DNA of 64,000 nt from an uncultured Gammaproteobacteria bacterium (GTDB lineage: Bacteria; Patescibacteriota; Microgenomatia; CAYXHB01), in the NCBI GenBank assembly GCA_964561945.1, contig CAZLQM010000002.1, positions 13,087-77,086 on the forward strand, in the 5' to 3' direction. The position numbers and the translations under genes are program-made. Of the stretch, positions 1 to 9,857 are shown one piece after another. The number at the start of each line of letters is the position of its first letter. Within the stretch, counting starts at the first letter, position 1. The notes under the pieces were generated by a model that made no database searches, was not told the DNA's origin, and worked only from the letters and a program-made list of their open reading frames with translations.

Positions 1-515
1 CGCTCCCTTACCCGATCCTGATCAACTACTTCAGTTTCGCTCATACCTCTAACAGGCATATACAAACTCACCTTGTCATTCACCAATTGCATCAAGTCTT
101 TATCTCCTGTCACCACCACTACACTTTCAAATTGGTTACTTTCCACAGCTCTTACGCACAAAGTCCCAATCACATCATCCGCCTCAAACCCAGCCTTATC
201 CAAAACCACCATTTTCATTGCAGCCAACAACTCTCTTATCTTACCAAACTGCTCAATTAATTTCTCATCACTTGCAGGCCGGTTGGCTTGATAACCGATA
301 AATAATTCCTTACGAAATGTCGGTTCAGGTCGATCCAAGGCCACCACTACGTGAGTTGGCTCCAAATCTTGTATTGCCCTGACTAACATTCTTGCCACGC
401 CATACACCGCCCCAATCTGATTACCTTGTGCATCACTCAACTCAGGCATTGCATGATACGCTCGATGAATCAAAGCACTCCCATCCACCAACAATAACTT
501 ATTCTTATTTGCCAT
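1..515 (-). CDS. polA: DNA polymerase I-like 5'-3' exonuclease domain, 5' part of the gene only; it continues beyond the window start
   Basis: Hand translation of the - strand from the ATG at 513-515 gives MANKNKLLLVDGSALIHRAYHAMPEL...GAVYGVARML...VVVALDRPEPTFRKELFIGYQANR...GFEADDVIGTLC...VVVTGDKDLMQL, the canonical 5'-3' exonuclease (FEN-like) motifs. It is not in the ORF track because it is truncated by the window edge. Confidence 0.6.
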   Translation of the reverse strand, partial: MANKNKLLLVDGSALIHRAYHAMPELSDAQGNQIGAVYGVARMLVRAIQDLEPTHVVVALDRPEPTFRKELFIGYQANRPASDEKLIEQFGKIRELLAAMKMVVLDKAGFEADDVIGTLCVRAVESNQFESVVVVTGDKDLMQLVNDKVSLYMPVRGMSETEVVDQDRVRE

Positions 516-535
516 CACTCAATTGTACCAAAGAT

Positions 536-2374
536 CTATTGCTCAACCTTAGGCCTCTCCTCCCCAATCAAAGTTGCAAACTCCTCGCCCTCCAAAGTCT
601 CAATTTCTAACAACTTATTCGCTATCAAATCTAACTTGTCTCGTTTATCCTTCAAAACAGCCACCGCTCGCTGATACGCCTTATCCAAAGACTTACCGAC
701 TTCCACATCTATCTTAGCCAACATTTCATCTGACACTGCTCCACGCTCCAACATCCCCTCATTTGGTCTTCCATAATACACTGGCCCCAACTTACTCATT
801 CCAAACATCATCACCATATTTCGAGCCACCATTGTAGCTCTCTGCAAATCACTCACAGCTCCACCAGTAAACTCGCTAAACACTACCTCTTCAGCAGCTC
901 TTCCACCCAACATCATCGCCATCGTATCTTCAAGTTGTGATTGAGTTTCATGCACACGATCACGCTCGGGATTAACCATCGTATACCCCAAAGCAATTCC
1001 TCGAGACACAATACTTATCCTGTGCACAGGATCAACGTGAGGCATATAAAAACTTACCAAAGCATGACCTGCTTCATGATATGCAGTCATTTTCTTCTCA
1101 AAATCAGTCTGCAATCGCCTCTTTTCTGGGCCCATCTTTACCTTAGTTGCAGCTTCTTCAATATCAGCAGGTGTAATTTCCTTCCGATCATTTTTAGCAG
1201 CTTGAATCGCAGCTTCATTCAACATGTTCTCAATATCAGCACCCGAAAACCCTACTGTTTGTCTTGCCACCCTAGTCCAATCTACATTACTCGCAAAAGG
1301 CTTACCTTTAGAATGAATTCCCAAAATATGTTTCCGACCGTCAACATCAGGTAATTCCAAATTCACTCTTCGATCAAATCGTCCAGGACGCAACAGCGCA
1401 CTATCCAATAGATCTCCCCTATTAGTAGCTGCCAACACAATCACATTATCATTGGGTGTAAATCCATCCATCTCAACTAGTATCTGATTCAGAGTTTGCT
1501 CTCTTTCATCATGGGCTCCGCTTGCAAACCCGCTACCTCTTTGTCTACCAATTGCATCAATTTCATCAATAAAAATAATTGCCGGAGCGTTCTTCTTAGC
1601 CGTCAAAAACAAATCCCTTACCCTACTTGCACCCACGCCCACTAACATTTCCATAAACTCAGAACCTGCCATCGAATAAAACGGCACACCCGCTTCCCCT
1701 GCCACAGCTCGAGCCAAAAGTGTCTTACCCACACCGCTTGGTCCGACTAACAACACACCCTTTGGGGTTCTTGCTCCAACCGCTTTGTATTTAGCTGGGT
1801 TTTTCAAAAAATCTACTACTTCCTCCAACTCATTTTTAGCTTCATCCACGCCCGCCACATCTACAAACTTCACACTCTGTTTACCTTTATCAAACAGTTT
1901 GGCTTTACTCTGACCAAAGCTAAACACAGAGTCTTGAGCTCCACGGGCTTGTCTAAACAAAAATAACAACAAGATCGCCATTCCTACAATCGGTAACAAC
2001 GAAAACAACAAATCACTCCAAATTTTAGACATCGAAGCATCTTTAATCTTGATCTGTGACGCCAATGGATCAATATCTGCATTCTTCAAGATCTCTGTCA
2101 CATTAGCAGTTCCTTCCTTACGCGCAACTCGTACATTTCCATCCTTATACGTCAAATTTAATAACTCACCATCCACCAAAACTTCCTCTACATTCCCCTC
2201 CTTAATGGCTCGCAAGGCCTCCGTCAAGGTTATTTCTTTATCTGCTGTTGGTTGTCTTACCAAACTCGCCAAAATTGGAAATCCAACCAAAAGCACCAAC
2301 AACCACACCAAAATACTTCGCAAATTGAACTTCATTTGCATCTTAACTTGTTTTTTAGAACTATTCTTAGCCAT
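536..2374 (-). CDS. ftsH: ATP-dependent zinc metalloprotease FtsH
   Basis: N-terminal TM, AAA+ Walker A GPSGVGKT, Walker [13 protein letters not shown] region, and zinc-binding HEAGHALV. Confidence 0.95.
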   Translation of the reverse strand: MAKNSSKKQVKMQMKFNLRSILVWLLVLLVGFPILASLVRQPTADKEITLTEALRAIKEGNVEEVLVDGELLNLTYKDGNVRVARKEGTANVTEILKNADIDPLASQIKIKDASMSKIWSDLLFSLLPIVGMAILLLFLFRQARGAQDSVFSFGQSKAKLFDKGKQSVKFVDVAGVDEAKNELEEVVDFLKNPAKYKAVGARTPKGVLLVGPSGVGKTLLARAVAGEAGVPFYSMAGSEFMEMLVGVGASRVRDLFLTAKKNAPAIIFIDEIDAIGRQRGSGFASGAHDEREQTLNQILVEMDGFTPNDNVIVLAATNRGDLLDSALLRPGRFDRRVNLELPDVDGRKHILGIHSKGKPFASNVDWTRVARQTVGFSGADIENMLNEAAIQAAKNDRKEITPADIEEAATKVKMGPEKRRLQTDFEKKMTAYHEAGHALVSFYMPHVDPVHRISIVSRGIALGYTMVNPERDRVHETQSQLEDTMAMMLGGRAAEEVVFSEFTGGAVSDLQRATMVARNMVMMFGMSKLGPVYYGRPNEGMLERGAVSDEMLAKIDVEVGKSLDKAYQRAVAVLKDKRDKLDLIANKLLEIETLEGEEFATLIGEERPKVEQ

Positions 2375-2431
2375 AACTAGCTTTTATATAATATCACGCA
2401 AACACAATCAACCCTTTCCCAAATTTAACCC

Positions 2432-3238
2432 TCAATTAATTTCAGTTCCGCCCCATTCAATCACACTAAATCCAACGCGATCAAAAGGCTCCAATCTCTG
2501 CTCCTCAACATTAATCGGAACATTAAGTTGCTTTAAAACCATAAACACTCTCAATACAGAATCCGGTTCCGGAGTTATTTCTAAAACTGCTTTGTCATCA
2601 TATTCTTTCTTAGTCGCAAATCGTACGAAATTATATGAATTATCTTTCATCTTCGGCAACCAATACACAATAAATTCATTATATTCTCGAGGAGTTAAAC
2701 CCAAATACTCTAACTTATCCTGCAAAAAACTCGCGCTATCTTCGCCTCTAACCACAAATCCTTCATTCATATCATATTTTCGTTCACCTTCCCCTTCCCA
2801 ATACAAATAACTATATTCTCGATTATCAGCTAAATTAATTAACCTTCCATCTGGAAAAGCCTTTACTCTCCATCCCTCATTATATTCAGGGTAAGTTACA
2901 CTTAACTCCCCATCCAGTTTTAATTTTATTTGCACCTCTTGCTCTTGAATTGGATACAAATAAATTACTGGCTTCTCTGATGCAGGTCGTTCATTAAAAT
3001 TCCAAGATCCATCTATAACATCACTTTCCTCATTAACAATTACCATCGGATCCATAACTTCTTCATCTTCAAAAGAATCTTTCTCAAAAAATATTCCTGC
3101 CTTTCCAAGCATCCTACCAGACACAACTAAACCCAAAATTATTACTCCTAACATCAAAATCTTAACTATTAACAAATACTTACGCTCTTTCACACCCACG
3201 AATCTCTTCATACTAATTAATAATATACACCAATTCAC
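2432..3238 (-). CDS. hypothetical membrane-anchored protein
   Basis: 268-aa ORF with one N-terminal TM (LLIVKILMLGVIILGLVV). No recognisable motifs. The likely start is the internal MKRF. Confidence 0.35.
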   Translation of the reverse strand: MNWCILLISMKRFVGVKERKYLLIVKILMLGVIILGLVVSGRMLGKAGIFFEKDSFEDEEVMDPMVIVNEESDVIDGSWNFNERPASEKPVIYLYPIQEQEVQIKLKLDGELSVTYPEYNEGWRVKAFPDGRLINLADNREYSYLYWEGEGERKYDMNEGFVVRGEDSASFLQDKLEYLGLTPREYNEFIVYWLPKMKDNSYNFVRFATKKEYDDKAVLEITPEPDSVLRVFMVLKQLNVPINVEEQRLEPFDRVGFSVIEWGGTEIN

Positions 3239-3642
3239 CTCACCAACGCACCCATTGCTACTTCTTCAGGCACCTCCCACAGGATCGCTCTATCTTCATC
3301 ATCAAAGGCCATGATCATTCCGCAGCTTTCCTCACCCATCATCTGCCTTGGCTTCAGGTTATACACAAATCCAAATTTTTTATTTATCAAATCCTCAGGG
3401 CTATACCACTTCCGAATCCCACTAAAAATGGTCCTAACTTCATCTTCACCAAATCTGACTCTTAATCGAATTAATTTATCACTCTTCTCCACAATAATTG
3501 CCTCCTCAACCAATCCTGCGCGTATTTCTATTTTGGCAAAATCATCAATTATTATTTCTTCCATATCCAGAATTTTAACATCTAATCCTATTATTCCCCA
3601 CTCAAATCTCTTGCCAATCTCATCTCTTTCATTCGCAGACAA
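3235..3642 (-). CDS. tRNA-binding domain protein (CsaA/Trbp111/MetRS C-terminal-like OB fold)
   Basis: FAKIEIRAGLVEEAI...KSDKLIRLRVRFGEDEVRTIFSGIRKWYSPEDLINKKFGFVYNLKPRQMMGEESCGMIMA matches the Myf/EMAP tRNA-binding domain pattern. The 5' end overlaps the upstream gene by 52 nt, so the true start is probably an internal Met. Confidence 0.5.
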   Translation of the reverse strand: MSANERDEIGKRFEWGIIGLDVKILDMEEIIIDDFAKIEIRAGLVEEAIIVEKSDKLIRLRVRFGEDEVRTIFSGIRKWYSPEDLINKKFGFVYNLKPRQMMGEESCGMIMAFDDEDRAILWEVPEEVAMGALVR

Positions 3643-4664
3643 ATCTCATTAACTTCTAATCTTCCTAAACACTCTTCAATTAATTGATTTGCAAACACAT
3701 CTCTTCTCAACTCACTTGCATAATAATTATAGTCATCTTTATGCCTGGCCAGTTCCTTCCTCAAACCAGCAGATTCCACAAACACAGGATCACTCGCACT
3801 ACCTACACTATAATTTTGAATATAAACCCGCCCATCATCATATCTAAATTTTACAAATCTTTCATTCTCCACATCCCCCTTACCTGCTCTTAACGCCACC
3901 TCAATTATTTGTCCATTAATTATTAACTCCAACTTAGCACTCACACCAAACCCCTTCCCAAAAGATTTATCAACATGAGACAAATCTGAAGCTTCGATCA
4001 ATTTCCAAGCTACACTCCCTCTGGTCCTTGCCCATGTTGAACCTATATCCAACAAGTGAAACCCCAAATCTAACTCAGGCCCAACCTCCAAGTATGGATG
4101 ACTTCCTTGTTTCCAAATCCGATCAATTACATACTGATAATACTCACTTCCCTCAATCAGGCTCATCTCAATTGATATAGGCAACTTACCTTGAGGTAAC
4201 TGCTCATACAATATGTCTGCTCTTCCATTGGCGTATTTCCCAGCCAAATGAAACTTAATTAATCCATCATCCATAACAAACTTTTTATACTTTTCCAAAT
4301 CTTGTGAGTTATCAGCATAAGGTTTTTCTACAAAAATCCGCATAGATAACTTTTTCTCTACTAAAGCCTCAATTATCCCTAATCTATCCCGAGGCGGAAT
4401 TACCAACGCTATTTCAATGTTCTCACTTTTAACCCATTTGCAAATCACATCCACCGTCTGAGCCACCCCACTTGTTCGCTCATAATCCCAATTTCCATTA
4501 CCTAGCTCTTCTAATACTTCATCTTTGGGTTCCAATCCCAAAATCCTCACAATCCGCACCAATCCTTCACGATTTGCCCTGGTCCAATATTTACCAACCA
4601 CCTGCCCCGCTCCTACCAATATAAAACTCAATGGCTCAAATTCAACCTTATCATCACCATACAT
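3591..4664 (-). CDS. Gfo/Idh/MocA-family NAD(P)-dependent oxidoreductase
   Basis: N-terminal Rossmann ILVGAGQVVGKY and the family-typical VEKPYA motif. Confidence 0.55.
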   Translation of the reverse strand: MYGDDKVEFEPLSFILVGAGQVVGKYWTRANREGLVRIVRILGLEPKDEVLEELGNGNWDYERTSGVAQTVDVICKWVKSENIEIALVIPPRDRLGIIEALVEKKLSMRIFVEKPYADNSQDLEKYKKFVMDDGLIKFHLAGKYANGRADILYEQLPQGKLPISIEMSLIEGSEYYQYVIDRIWKQGSHPYLEVGPELDLGFHLLDIGSTWARTRGSVAWKLIEASDLSHVDKSFGKGFGVSAKLELIINGQIIEVALRAGKGDVENERFVKFRYDDGRVYIQNYSVGSASDPVFVESAGLRKELARHKDDYNYYASELRRDVFANQLIEECLGRLEVNEICLRMKEMRLARDLSGE

Positions 4665-4683
4665 ATATCTTCATTATCAATGA

Positions 4684-4998
4684 TTATGATTCATCAAGAT
4701 AAAACTTAGTATCTCCCCTTGCATCAATCACATTATTAACTTCCAAATAACCCTGCGTGCTCGACTCAACTCCACATACAAATATTTCCGTCCTCTTAAT
4801 CATCTCACCTGCACGTCTATCGACTACAAAACCCCAAGGACCATTTCGATAATCTGTCATTGAGCCCTCATCTTTAGCAGATAAATTCCAGACCTCTCCA
4901 TCCCAGGGTTGGCGTACTACAACCTCAAAATTCGCATCAATACCACCCAATAATCGCGTTATAAAACCCGATTCCGGACTACTTCTAAACTTAGCCAT
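4684..4998 (-). CDS. hypothetical protein
   Basis: The ORF-track N-terminal extension (to 5097) runs through a tRNA gene. It was trimmed to the Met of MAKFRSSPESG. Confidence 0.35.
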   Translation of the reverse strand: MAKFRSSPESGFITRLLGGIDANFEVVVRQPWDGEVWNLSAKDEGSMTDYRNGPWGFVVDRRAGEMIKRTEIFVCGVESSTQGYLEVNNVIDARGDTKFYLDES

Positions 4999-5002
4999 AC
5001 CT

Positions 5003-5075
5003 TGGTTGCGGGGCCGGGAGTCGAACCCGGCCTGAGAGATTATGAGCCTCTCGTGCAGCCGTACACTACCCCGCA
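5003..5075 (-). tRNA. tRNA with CAU anticodon (Met-type; possibly tRNA-Ile2/lysidine or initiator), encodes 3' CCA
   Basis: Manual fold gives acceptor UGCGGGG/CCCCGCA (U1:A72), D-stem GUGU/GCAC, anticodon stem AGAGG/UCUCU, loop CUCAUAA and T-arm CCGGG-UUCGACU-CCCGG. It lacks the 3 G:C anticodon-stem pairs typical of initiator tRNA. Confidence 0.8.
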
Positions 5076-5141
5076 TGCAACGCAAATTGTAACACATGCT
5101 CTTCCTTACAGACTACAGCTTTGCTAGAATATCCCCAACAC

Positions 5142-5214
5142 GGCTACGTAGCTCAGGGGCAGAGCGGACGTTTCATAAGCGTCATGTCGGAAGTTCGAAT
5201 CTTCCCGTAGCCAC
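5142..5214 (+). tRNA. tRNA-Met (CAU), elongator type
   Basis: GGCUACGUAGCUCAG 5' end matches E. coli elongator tRNA-Met. Acceptor is GGCUACG/CGUAGCC, anticodon loop UUCAUAA and T-arm GGAAG-UUCGAAU-CUUCC. Confidence 0.85.
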
Positions 5215-5218
5215 AACA

Positions 5219-5521
5219 CTACTCCTGATCCTCCACCACCTTGGGCACATTCTCAGGCATAATCAACACTGTTTCGCCTTCTTTAACCATATTCAGCGTA
5301 TCTCTAGCTTGTTCCTCAATAAACTTATCAGTCTTGGCTTTTTCTACTTCCTTTTGCAATTTTACCCGTTCTCGACCCTCAGCTTTTACTCCCAACTCTA
5401 ATGCCTCAAGTGAATCATTAGCTTTTTTTTGAACCTCGATATTTCGCACCAGTAAAACTATAAGATAAATAAAAATCCCCAAAACTAATCCCAATTTAAT
5501 TAATTTTCTCTTCATAAACAA
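5219..5521 (-). CDS. septum formation initiator family protein (FtsB/DivIC-like)
   Basis: 100 aa with an N-terminal TM, a coiled-coil and the C-terminal ARDTLNMVKEGETVLI motif typical of FtsB/DivIC. Confidence 0.5.
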   Translation of the reverse strand: MFMKRKLIKLGLVLGIFIYLIVLLVRNIEVQKKANDSLEALELGVKAEGRERVKLQKEVEKAKTDKFIEEQARDTLNMVKEGETVLIMPENVPKVVEDQE

Positions 5522-5783
5522 ATTTTAACTAACATTATTATTACACATCACTTCCAATCAAATATATAAATTTTTATTCCAAATCATACATCTTGAATAT
5601 GCATAAACACTACTATATAAATAAATATCTTTTCATATAACTAATTTAATCCAATAAATTCTAACTTCAACTCATACTATTAAACTCAAAATCATTTTAG
5701 TACTAACCAACCCTTGCAAAATATTATAAGACTCTATATAATCGGCAATTGCTTCACAAATAAGCAAACAACTCATTAAAACT

Positions 5784-6683
5784 ATGGATAAAAAAACCCA
5801 AAAACAACCCCAAGAATCTCTCCTTGAGCTTCAACAGGCCCACAAAGAATTCGTCAAACATCTCCAAGGACTTAATCGATCCACCTCTACTGTGCTTGCC
5901 TACGGCAAAGACATTGATCAACTAATCGAATTTGTCCTCAAAGAACACCAAATCAACCAAGCTGATAAAATCGAACCCCAACATCTCAATGCCTTCAAAG
6001 ATTTTCTCAATAGCACCGGATACACAGCCAAAAGTATCTCACGAAAAATTAATTCTATTAAAACTTTTTTCCGCTATCTCAAACAACAAACAGGCCTAGC
6101 TCTAAACCCCGCCGAAAACGTCAAACACCCCAAATACGAAACCAAAGCTCCTCGCATCCTCACCCAACTAGAATATCGAGCCCTTAGAGATGCGGCTCGT
6201 GGCGACATCCGTACCGCAGCCATCATCGAAATCTTGCTTCAAACAGGTATTCGCATCGGAGAGCTTTCACTCCTCAAACTCCAGCACTTACACAAAGATC
6301 AGCTTGAAGTTCCACCTTACGAATCTCAACCAGGTCGAACTGTTCCCCTAAATCAAGCAGCTCAAACTGCAATCGAAAATTGGCTCCAGATTCGTCCCAA
6401 TGGTAAACCTAACGACTATCTATTCGTCACCAAAAACAATCGTGCTCTCTTGGTTCGCAACATCCGCACTTCAATTAATCGATACTTCAGACTAGCAGGC
6501 ATCAAGGACGCCAAAGTCAACGACCTCCGCCACACTTGGATTGCAACTCACCTTGCCAACGGAGCTTCCCTCGTCTATATCTCCAGCCTTGCAGGCCACA
6601 AACGCCTTTCCACCACCGAAAAATACCTAAACTTCATCAAAGACAAATTCTCCTCCGCTTCTCACAAACTCCGCGAACTATAA
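5784..6683 (+). CDS. tyrosine site-specific recombinase, XerC/XerD family
   Basis: N-terminal SAM-like core-binding domain. C-terminal catalytic region LRHTWIATHLANGASLVYISSLAGHKRLSTTEKYLNF carries the R...H-x-x-R...Y signature. Confidence 0.85.
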   Translation: MDKKTQKQPQESLLELQQAHKEFVKHLQGLNRSTSTVLAYGKDIDQLIEFVLKEHQINQADKIEPQHLNAFKDFLNSTGYTAKSISRKINSIKTFFRYLKQQTGLALNPAENVKHPKYETKAPRILTQLEYRALRDAARGDIRTAAIIEILLQTGIRIGELSLLKLQHLHKDQLEVPPYESQPGRTVPLNQAAQTAIENWLQIRPNGKPNDYLFVTKNNRALLVRNIRTSINRYFRLAGIKDAKVNDLRHTWIATHLANGASLVYISSLAGHKRLSTTEKYLNFIKDKFSSASHKLREL

Positions 6684-6686
6684 AAT

Positions 6687-7487
6687 ATGGGAGGCAAAGA
6701 CCATCGCCCCATTGCTTTTGAAATAGCTCGAGATATTTTAATCGAAACAAAACAAGGTCTAATTGAGGTACCTCCTCAATTCTCTACTACTGAAATTGCA
6801 GTTCTTATTCCTCCCAGGATTGACAATCAACTCTGTGACATCTGCTGGCAAATTCAATCCACCGCCCCAAACCAACCACACCAAACTACTCCCATAGCGT
6901 CTGGAAATGAGCAAGACATCGAACGCATTTTAGATACACATTGGCAATTAAATTATTCACACAGGATGCAAAAATGTCATAGATTTTTACAAGAACTTGA
7001 CCCACCCCATTCTCCCCAATTAGCACGCCAAGCCAATTTCCCACCATCTATTACAGCTCAAACTTCTCATTACCGAATAGCTACCCTAACCCCATCACAT
7101 GAGCTTAAAATCGAGCCACTCCAAGACCAATTAATAATTGATATCCAATGGGGCACTCTATCCCAAGATTTTCCCAACTCAATCATAGGACCAACTGAAC
7201 CCAACCTCCCATCAGACGAAAAACCCAATCTTCAATCCCGACTCCGAGCACTCAGCCCAAAAGCTAACTTTCACACCCCATTTCTTCCTCCTTTTTATAC
7301 TCATCAATCATTCCAAACATTTGCTCATGATTCAGATTCATTAAATCACCAAATAGAATCACTCAAAGAACCACATATCAGCATCTCTCATCTCCCCAAA
7401 GACGGTGATCCCACAACCAATACCCGAATAACTTTAACTTCTAATCTCACCCCGCTTAATCCCAAACCCCTCCACCATCGCCGTTAA
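6687..7487 (+). CDS. hypothetical P/Q/T-rich protein (doubtful)
   Basis: ORF starts 4 nt after the recombinase. Composition is driven by the C+A-rich + strand, with no motifs. It could be a real lagging-strand gene or spurious. Confidence 0.25.
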   Translation: MGGKDHRPIAFEIARDILIETKQGLIEVPPQFSTTEIAVLIPPRIDNQLCDICWQIQSTAPNQPHQTTPIASGNEQDIERILDTHWQLNYSHRMQKCHRFLQELDPPHSPQLARQANFPPSITAQTSHYRIATLTPSHELKIEPLQDQLIIDIQWGTLSQDFPNSIIGPTEPNLPSDEKPNLQSRLRALSPKANFHTPFLPPFYTHQSFQTFAHDSDSLNHQIESLKEPHISISHLPKDGDPTTNTRITLTSNLTPLNPKPLHHRR

Positions 7488-7672
7488 CATTGTCACCAAT
7501 TAGAAATAGCCAATTAATACCAGATCCCTCGCTCCGCTCTGGATGATAAACAATTTCATATCAAGTCAAAAACCATCGCTGCAACTATCGTCATTCAGAG
7601 AATATCTTCCGGCATCCGAGAAATCTCATTATTTAACAAATCTCTCAGTCTCCTTCTATAACATATTATTGT

Positions 7673-7913
7673 GTCCCCTCCCCAGATGGGAACAACCAAG
7701 ACATCTGACTTCATCCAAGATGAAATAACCTTCCCTTTAGCGGATCGAGTCAGTTGCAAAGCAACTCACACACAACATCAGCTCGTATCTCAGTGCCCCC
7801 AGCTGGGAACAACCAAGACATCTGACTTCATCCAAGATGAAATAACCTTCCCTTTAGCGGATCAAGTCAGTTGCAAAGCAACTCACACACGACATCAGCT
7901 CGTATCTCAGTGC
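7673..7913. repeat. two tandem ~120-bp direct repeats, each beginning with a degenerate copy of the 3' ~35 nt of the adjacent tRNA-Ile
   Basis: 7677-7795 and 7796-7912 differ at only ~3 positions. Each unit starts ccccag(a/c)tgggAACAACCAaGACATCTGACTT, paralleling the tRNA segment cccccagatgggTTCGAACCAtcGACATCTGACTT at 7913-7947. Confidence 0.85.
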
Positions 7914-7982
7914 CCCCAGATGGGTTCGAACCATCGACATCTGACTTATAAGATCAGCGCTCTGCCACTGAGCTATAGGGGC
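7911..7982 (-). tRNA. tRNA-Ile with UAU anticodon (reads AUA)
   Basis: Manual fold gives acceptor GCCCCUA/UGGGGGC, D-arm GCUC-AGUGGCA-GAGC, anticodon stem CUGAU/GUCAG, loop CUUAUAA and T-arm GAUGG-UUCGAAC-CCAUC. The ORF-track +ORF 7671..8069 is spurious. Confidence 0.8.
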
Positions 7983-8093
7983 AATGAACATATTTTAACA
8001 CTTACGTTTCCCATCACGAACCTGCCAAAACACTTGCCTCAGTTTAATACACGTTCACGAATTCAATGACCTTTTTGCGTCATTGCCACATTT

Positions 8094-8735
8094 CTAATCC
8101 CCATAATCCTCCGCAAACCCAAACTCTCCTGACTGATATAAAGCAGGATCCAAAAAACTAAAACCAGTAATCCCCCTCCTACTAATTTCATTTCGTAAAT
8201 CATCCCTCATTAAAGTCAGAAACACATCGTTGCAAACAAACATCGGTCTATGTTCAAAATTATCTAAATCTAATACCAAAATAGGAATTCCCTTATCAAA
8301 ATCCACCCATTTTGATTTTTGCTTATCCATTGCATCCAAATTCGGCTCCAAAAGATGGAAAACGTAATACTCCATATCTTTTAATTCATTTTCTCCCTTG
8401 TCGACCATACGAACTGGGAAAGTTTCAAACTTAACTCCAAATTCACGAACTAAATCAACCAATCTCTTAGAAAACAAACTAAATCCAGTATACGTAGCAT
8501 AATTATCCACAAGTCTATGCTTAGGATTTACCATAAACGTTAATTTCAAATCCACACCATATGGTTTAGTTTGACGTGGACTCTGAATAAAAACTCGGTC
8601 CTCTCCTTCACCACAATAATACTGCCTCTCATCTCTACCTGTTGGAGTCATCAATTTTGCTACAATTTCGCTTTTACCATGCAAATATATCCTTGTCCGA
8701 CAAATCCAATAACCTCTTTCCACCAACTCATCCAT
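8094..8735 (-). CDS. hypothetical protein
   Basis: 213-aa ORF with host-like composition and no recognisable motifs. Confidence 0.4.
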   Translation of the reverse strand: MDELVERGYWICRTRIYLHGKSEIVAKLMTPTGRDERQYYCGEGEDRVFIQSPRQTKPYGVDLKLTFMVNPKHRLVDNYATYTGFSLFSKRLVDLVREFGVKFETFPVRMVDKGENELKDMEYYVFHLLEPNLDAMDKQKSKWVDFDKGIPILVLDLDNFEHRPMFVCNDVFLTLMRDDLRNEISRRGITGFSFLDPALYQSGEFGFAEDYGD

Positions 8736-8795
8736 GACTCAACTTTATCATAACCACAAATCAAAATCTAAAATAAAAACTCTTCACACCAAACG

Positions 8796-9845
8796 CTATT
8801 CCCCACTCGTCTTGGGATCCTTATCGTTTTCTATACCTTCTTTTTTATCCAATCTTCCAACCAATTCAGGCAAAATCTCCTGACAATTTCCCAGTACAAG
8901 CCCATCCTCATTTCCCAAAAAATTTGGGGTTTCTTTATTCACCGATATAATCTGCACATCTCTGTTGTGTTCTTTAAAATATTCTAGAATCGCCCGATCA
9001 TCATGACTCAGTCCCACCACTAATATCATCTTCGTTCCTGGCGTTCGCAAGATTACTTGCCCAAATGCAGCTGCATCACTATCCATATGTGTAACCTTCA
9101 ATCGACTCCCATCAGCTTCATGTTTCAAATCAATATTCTCCGTCATCACCAAAGTCCCAGGTTTTTGACGCACGAGTTCTGCAATCGCTTTATGTGCTTC
9201 TGTAGATTCATCCGCGAACAACTGATCTCCAAATTCCCGGACCCTATCGAGCAATTCCTCAGGATTATCACGGAAAATCTCACCAAAATTTTTTCCTTCA
9301 CCATTTCCGGCTAAACCCAACTGCAACTGTAATTCTCCCATTCCCCAGACTGGTTTTTCACCGGACATAGAAATTCCCGCCCCTGTGTACACCACAATTT
9401 CCTCACCCCGCAGTTTCCCCAACTTCTCAGCCAGTTCCTTAACAATTATCTGCTTGACTTCCTTCTGATCTTCAATCTTTCGTGGCTTCAAGCCATCAAT
9501 ACAATAACTTCCCGCTTCCTGGGATCCTTGCTTAGCATCTCCTCCTTGATCCTCTGGCAGACTTTCCCTTCTGGGAAAACTTACGACCAACCCTTCTTCA
9601 GAGATTTCATACTTTTCATCAAATCCCAAACCTCTCGCATCTACCGCAATTGTCATCCCCACCTGCCCCTTTCCATCATTAACTTCAAAAAAACAATTTT
9701 CTCCTGTAGCCTTATTTCCAAAATTAAACCTGCAATATCTAGGCAACTGACCAAACTCTTCCTGACTAATCTCTTTAGTCATAGGAAACAGCAACTCTCC
9801 TGCCTTACTTTGATTAACCGAACTTTCAACTTTACCGTCTTCCAT
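8796..9845 (-). CDS. SIR2-like (sirtuin/DHS-like NAD-binding fold) domain protein with unknown N-terminal domain
   Basis: VVYTGAGISMSG (GAGIS Rossmann motif), EAHKAIAELV...TLVMTENIDLKHEADGS...KVTHMDS (TQNIDxLH..HG-like block, His retained) and ILVVGLSHDD (VxGTS-like). No Zn-binding Cys pairs. Confidence 0.45.
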   Translation of the reverse strand: MEDGKVESSVNQSKAGELLFPMTKEISQEEFGQLPRYCRFNFGNKATGENCFFEVNDGKGQVGMTIAVDARGLGFDEKYEISEEGLVVSFPRRESLPEDQGGDAKQGSQEAGSYCIDGLKPRKIEDQKEVKQIIVKELAEKLGKLRGEEIVVYTGAGISMSGEKPVWGMGELQLQLGLAGNGEGKNFGEIFRDNPEELLDRVREFGDQLFADESTEAHKAIAELVRQKPGTLVMTENIDLKHEADGSRLKVTHMDSDAAAFGQVILRTPGTKMILVVGLSHDDRAILEYFKEHNRDVQIISVNKETPNFLGNEDGLVLGNCQEILPELVGRLDKKEGIENDKDPKTSGE

Positions 9846-9857
9846 ATCACCATATTA

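Noticed and set aside
73-610. + strand ORFs 73..291 and 392..610 from the ORF track
   Set aside because: They lie antisense to a clearly recognisable polA 5'-3' exonuclease reading frame on the - strand. Their composition is the generic C+A-rich + strand.
941-2810. + strand ORFs 941..1354 and 2049..2810 (137 and 253 aa)
   Set aside because: Both are antisense to ftsH; 2049..2810 also runs antisense into the neighbouring - strand hypothetical gene (2432..3238), and the + strand skew produces such frames. There are no motifs.
5096-5401. + ORF overlapping tRNA-Met and the FtsB-like gene
   Set aside because: It contains the complete tRNA sequence and is therefore spurious.
7671-8069. 132-aa + ORF with an internal protein-level tandem repeat
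   Set aside because: The amino-acid repeat is the translation of the 120-bp DNA repeats, and the 3' part is the tRNA-Ile gene read antisense. It is not a protein.
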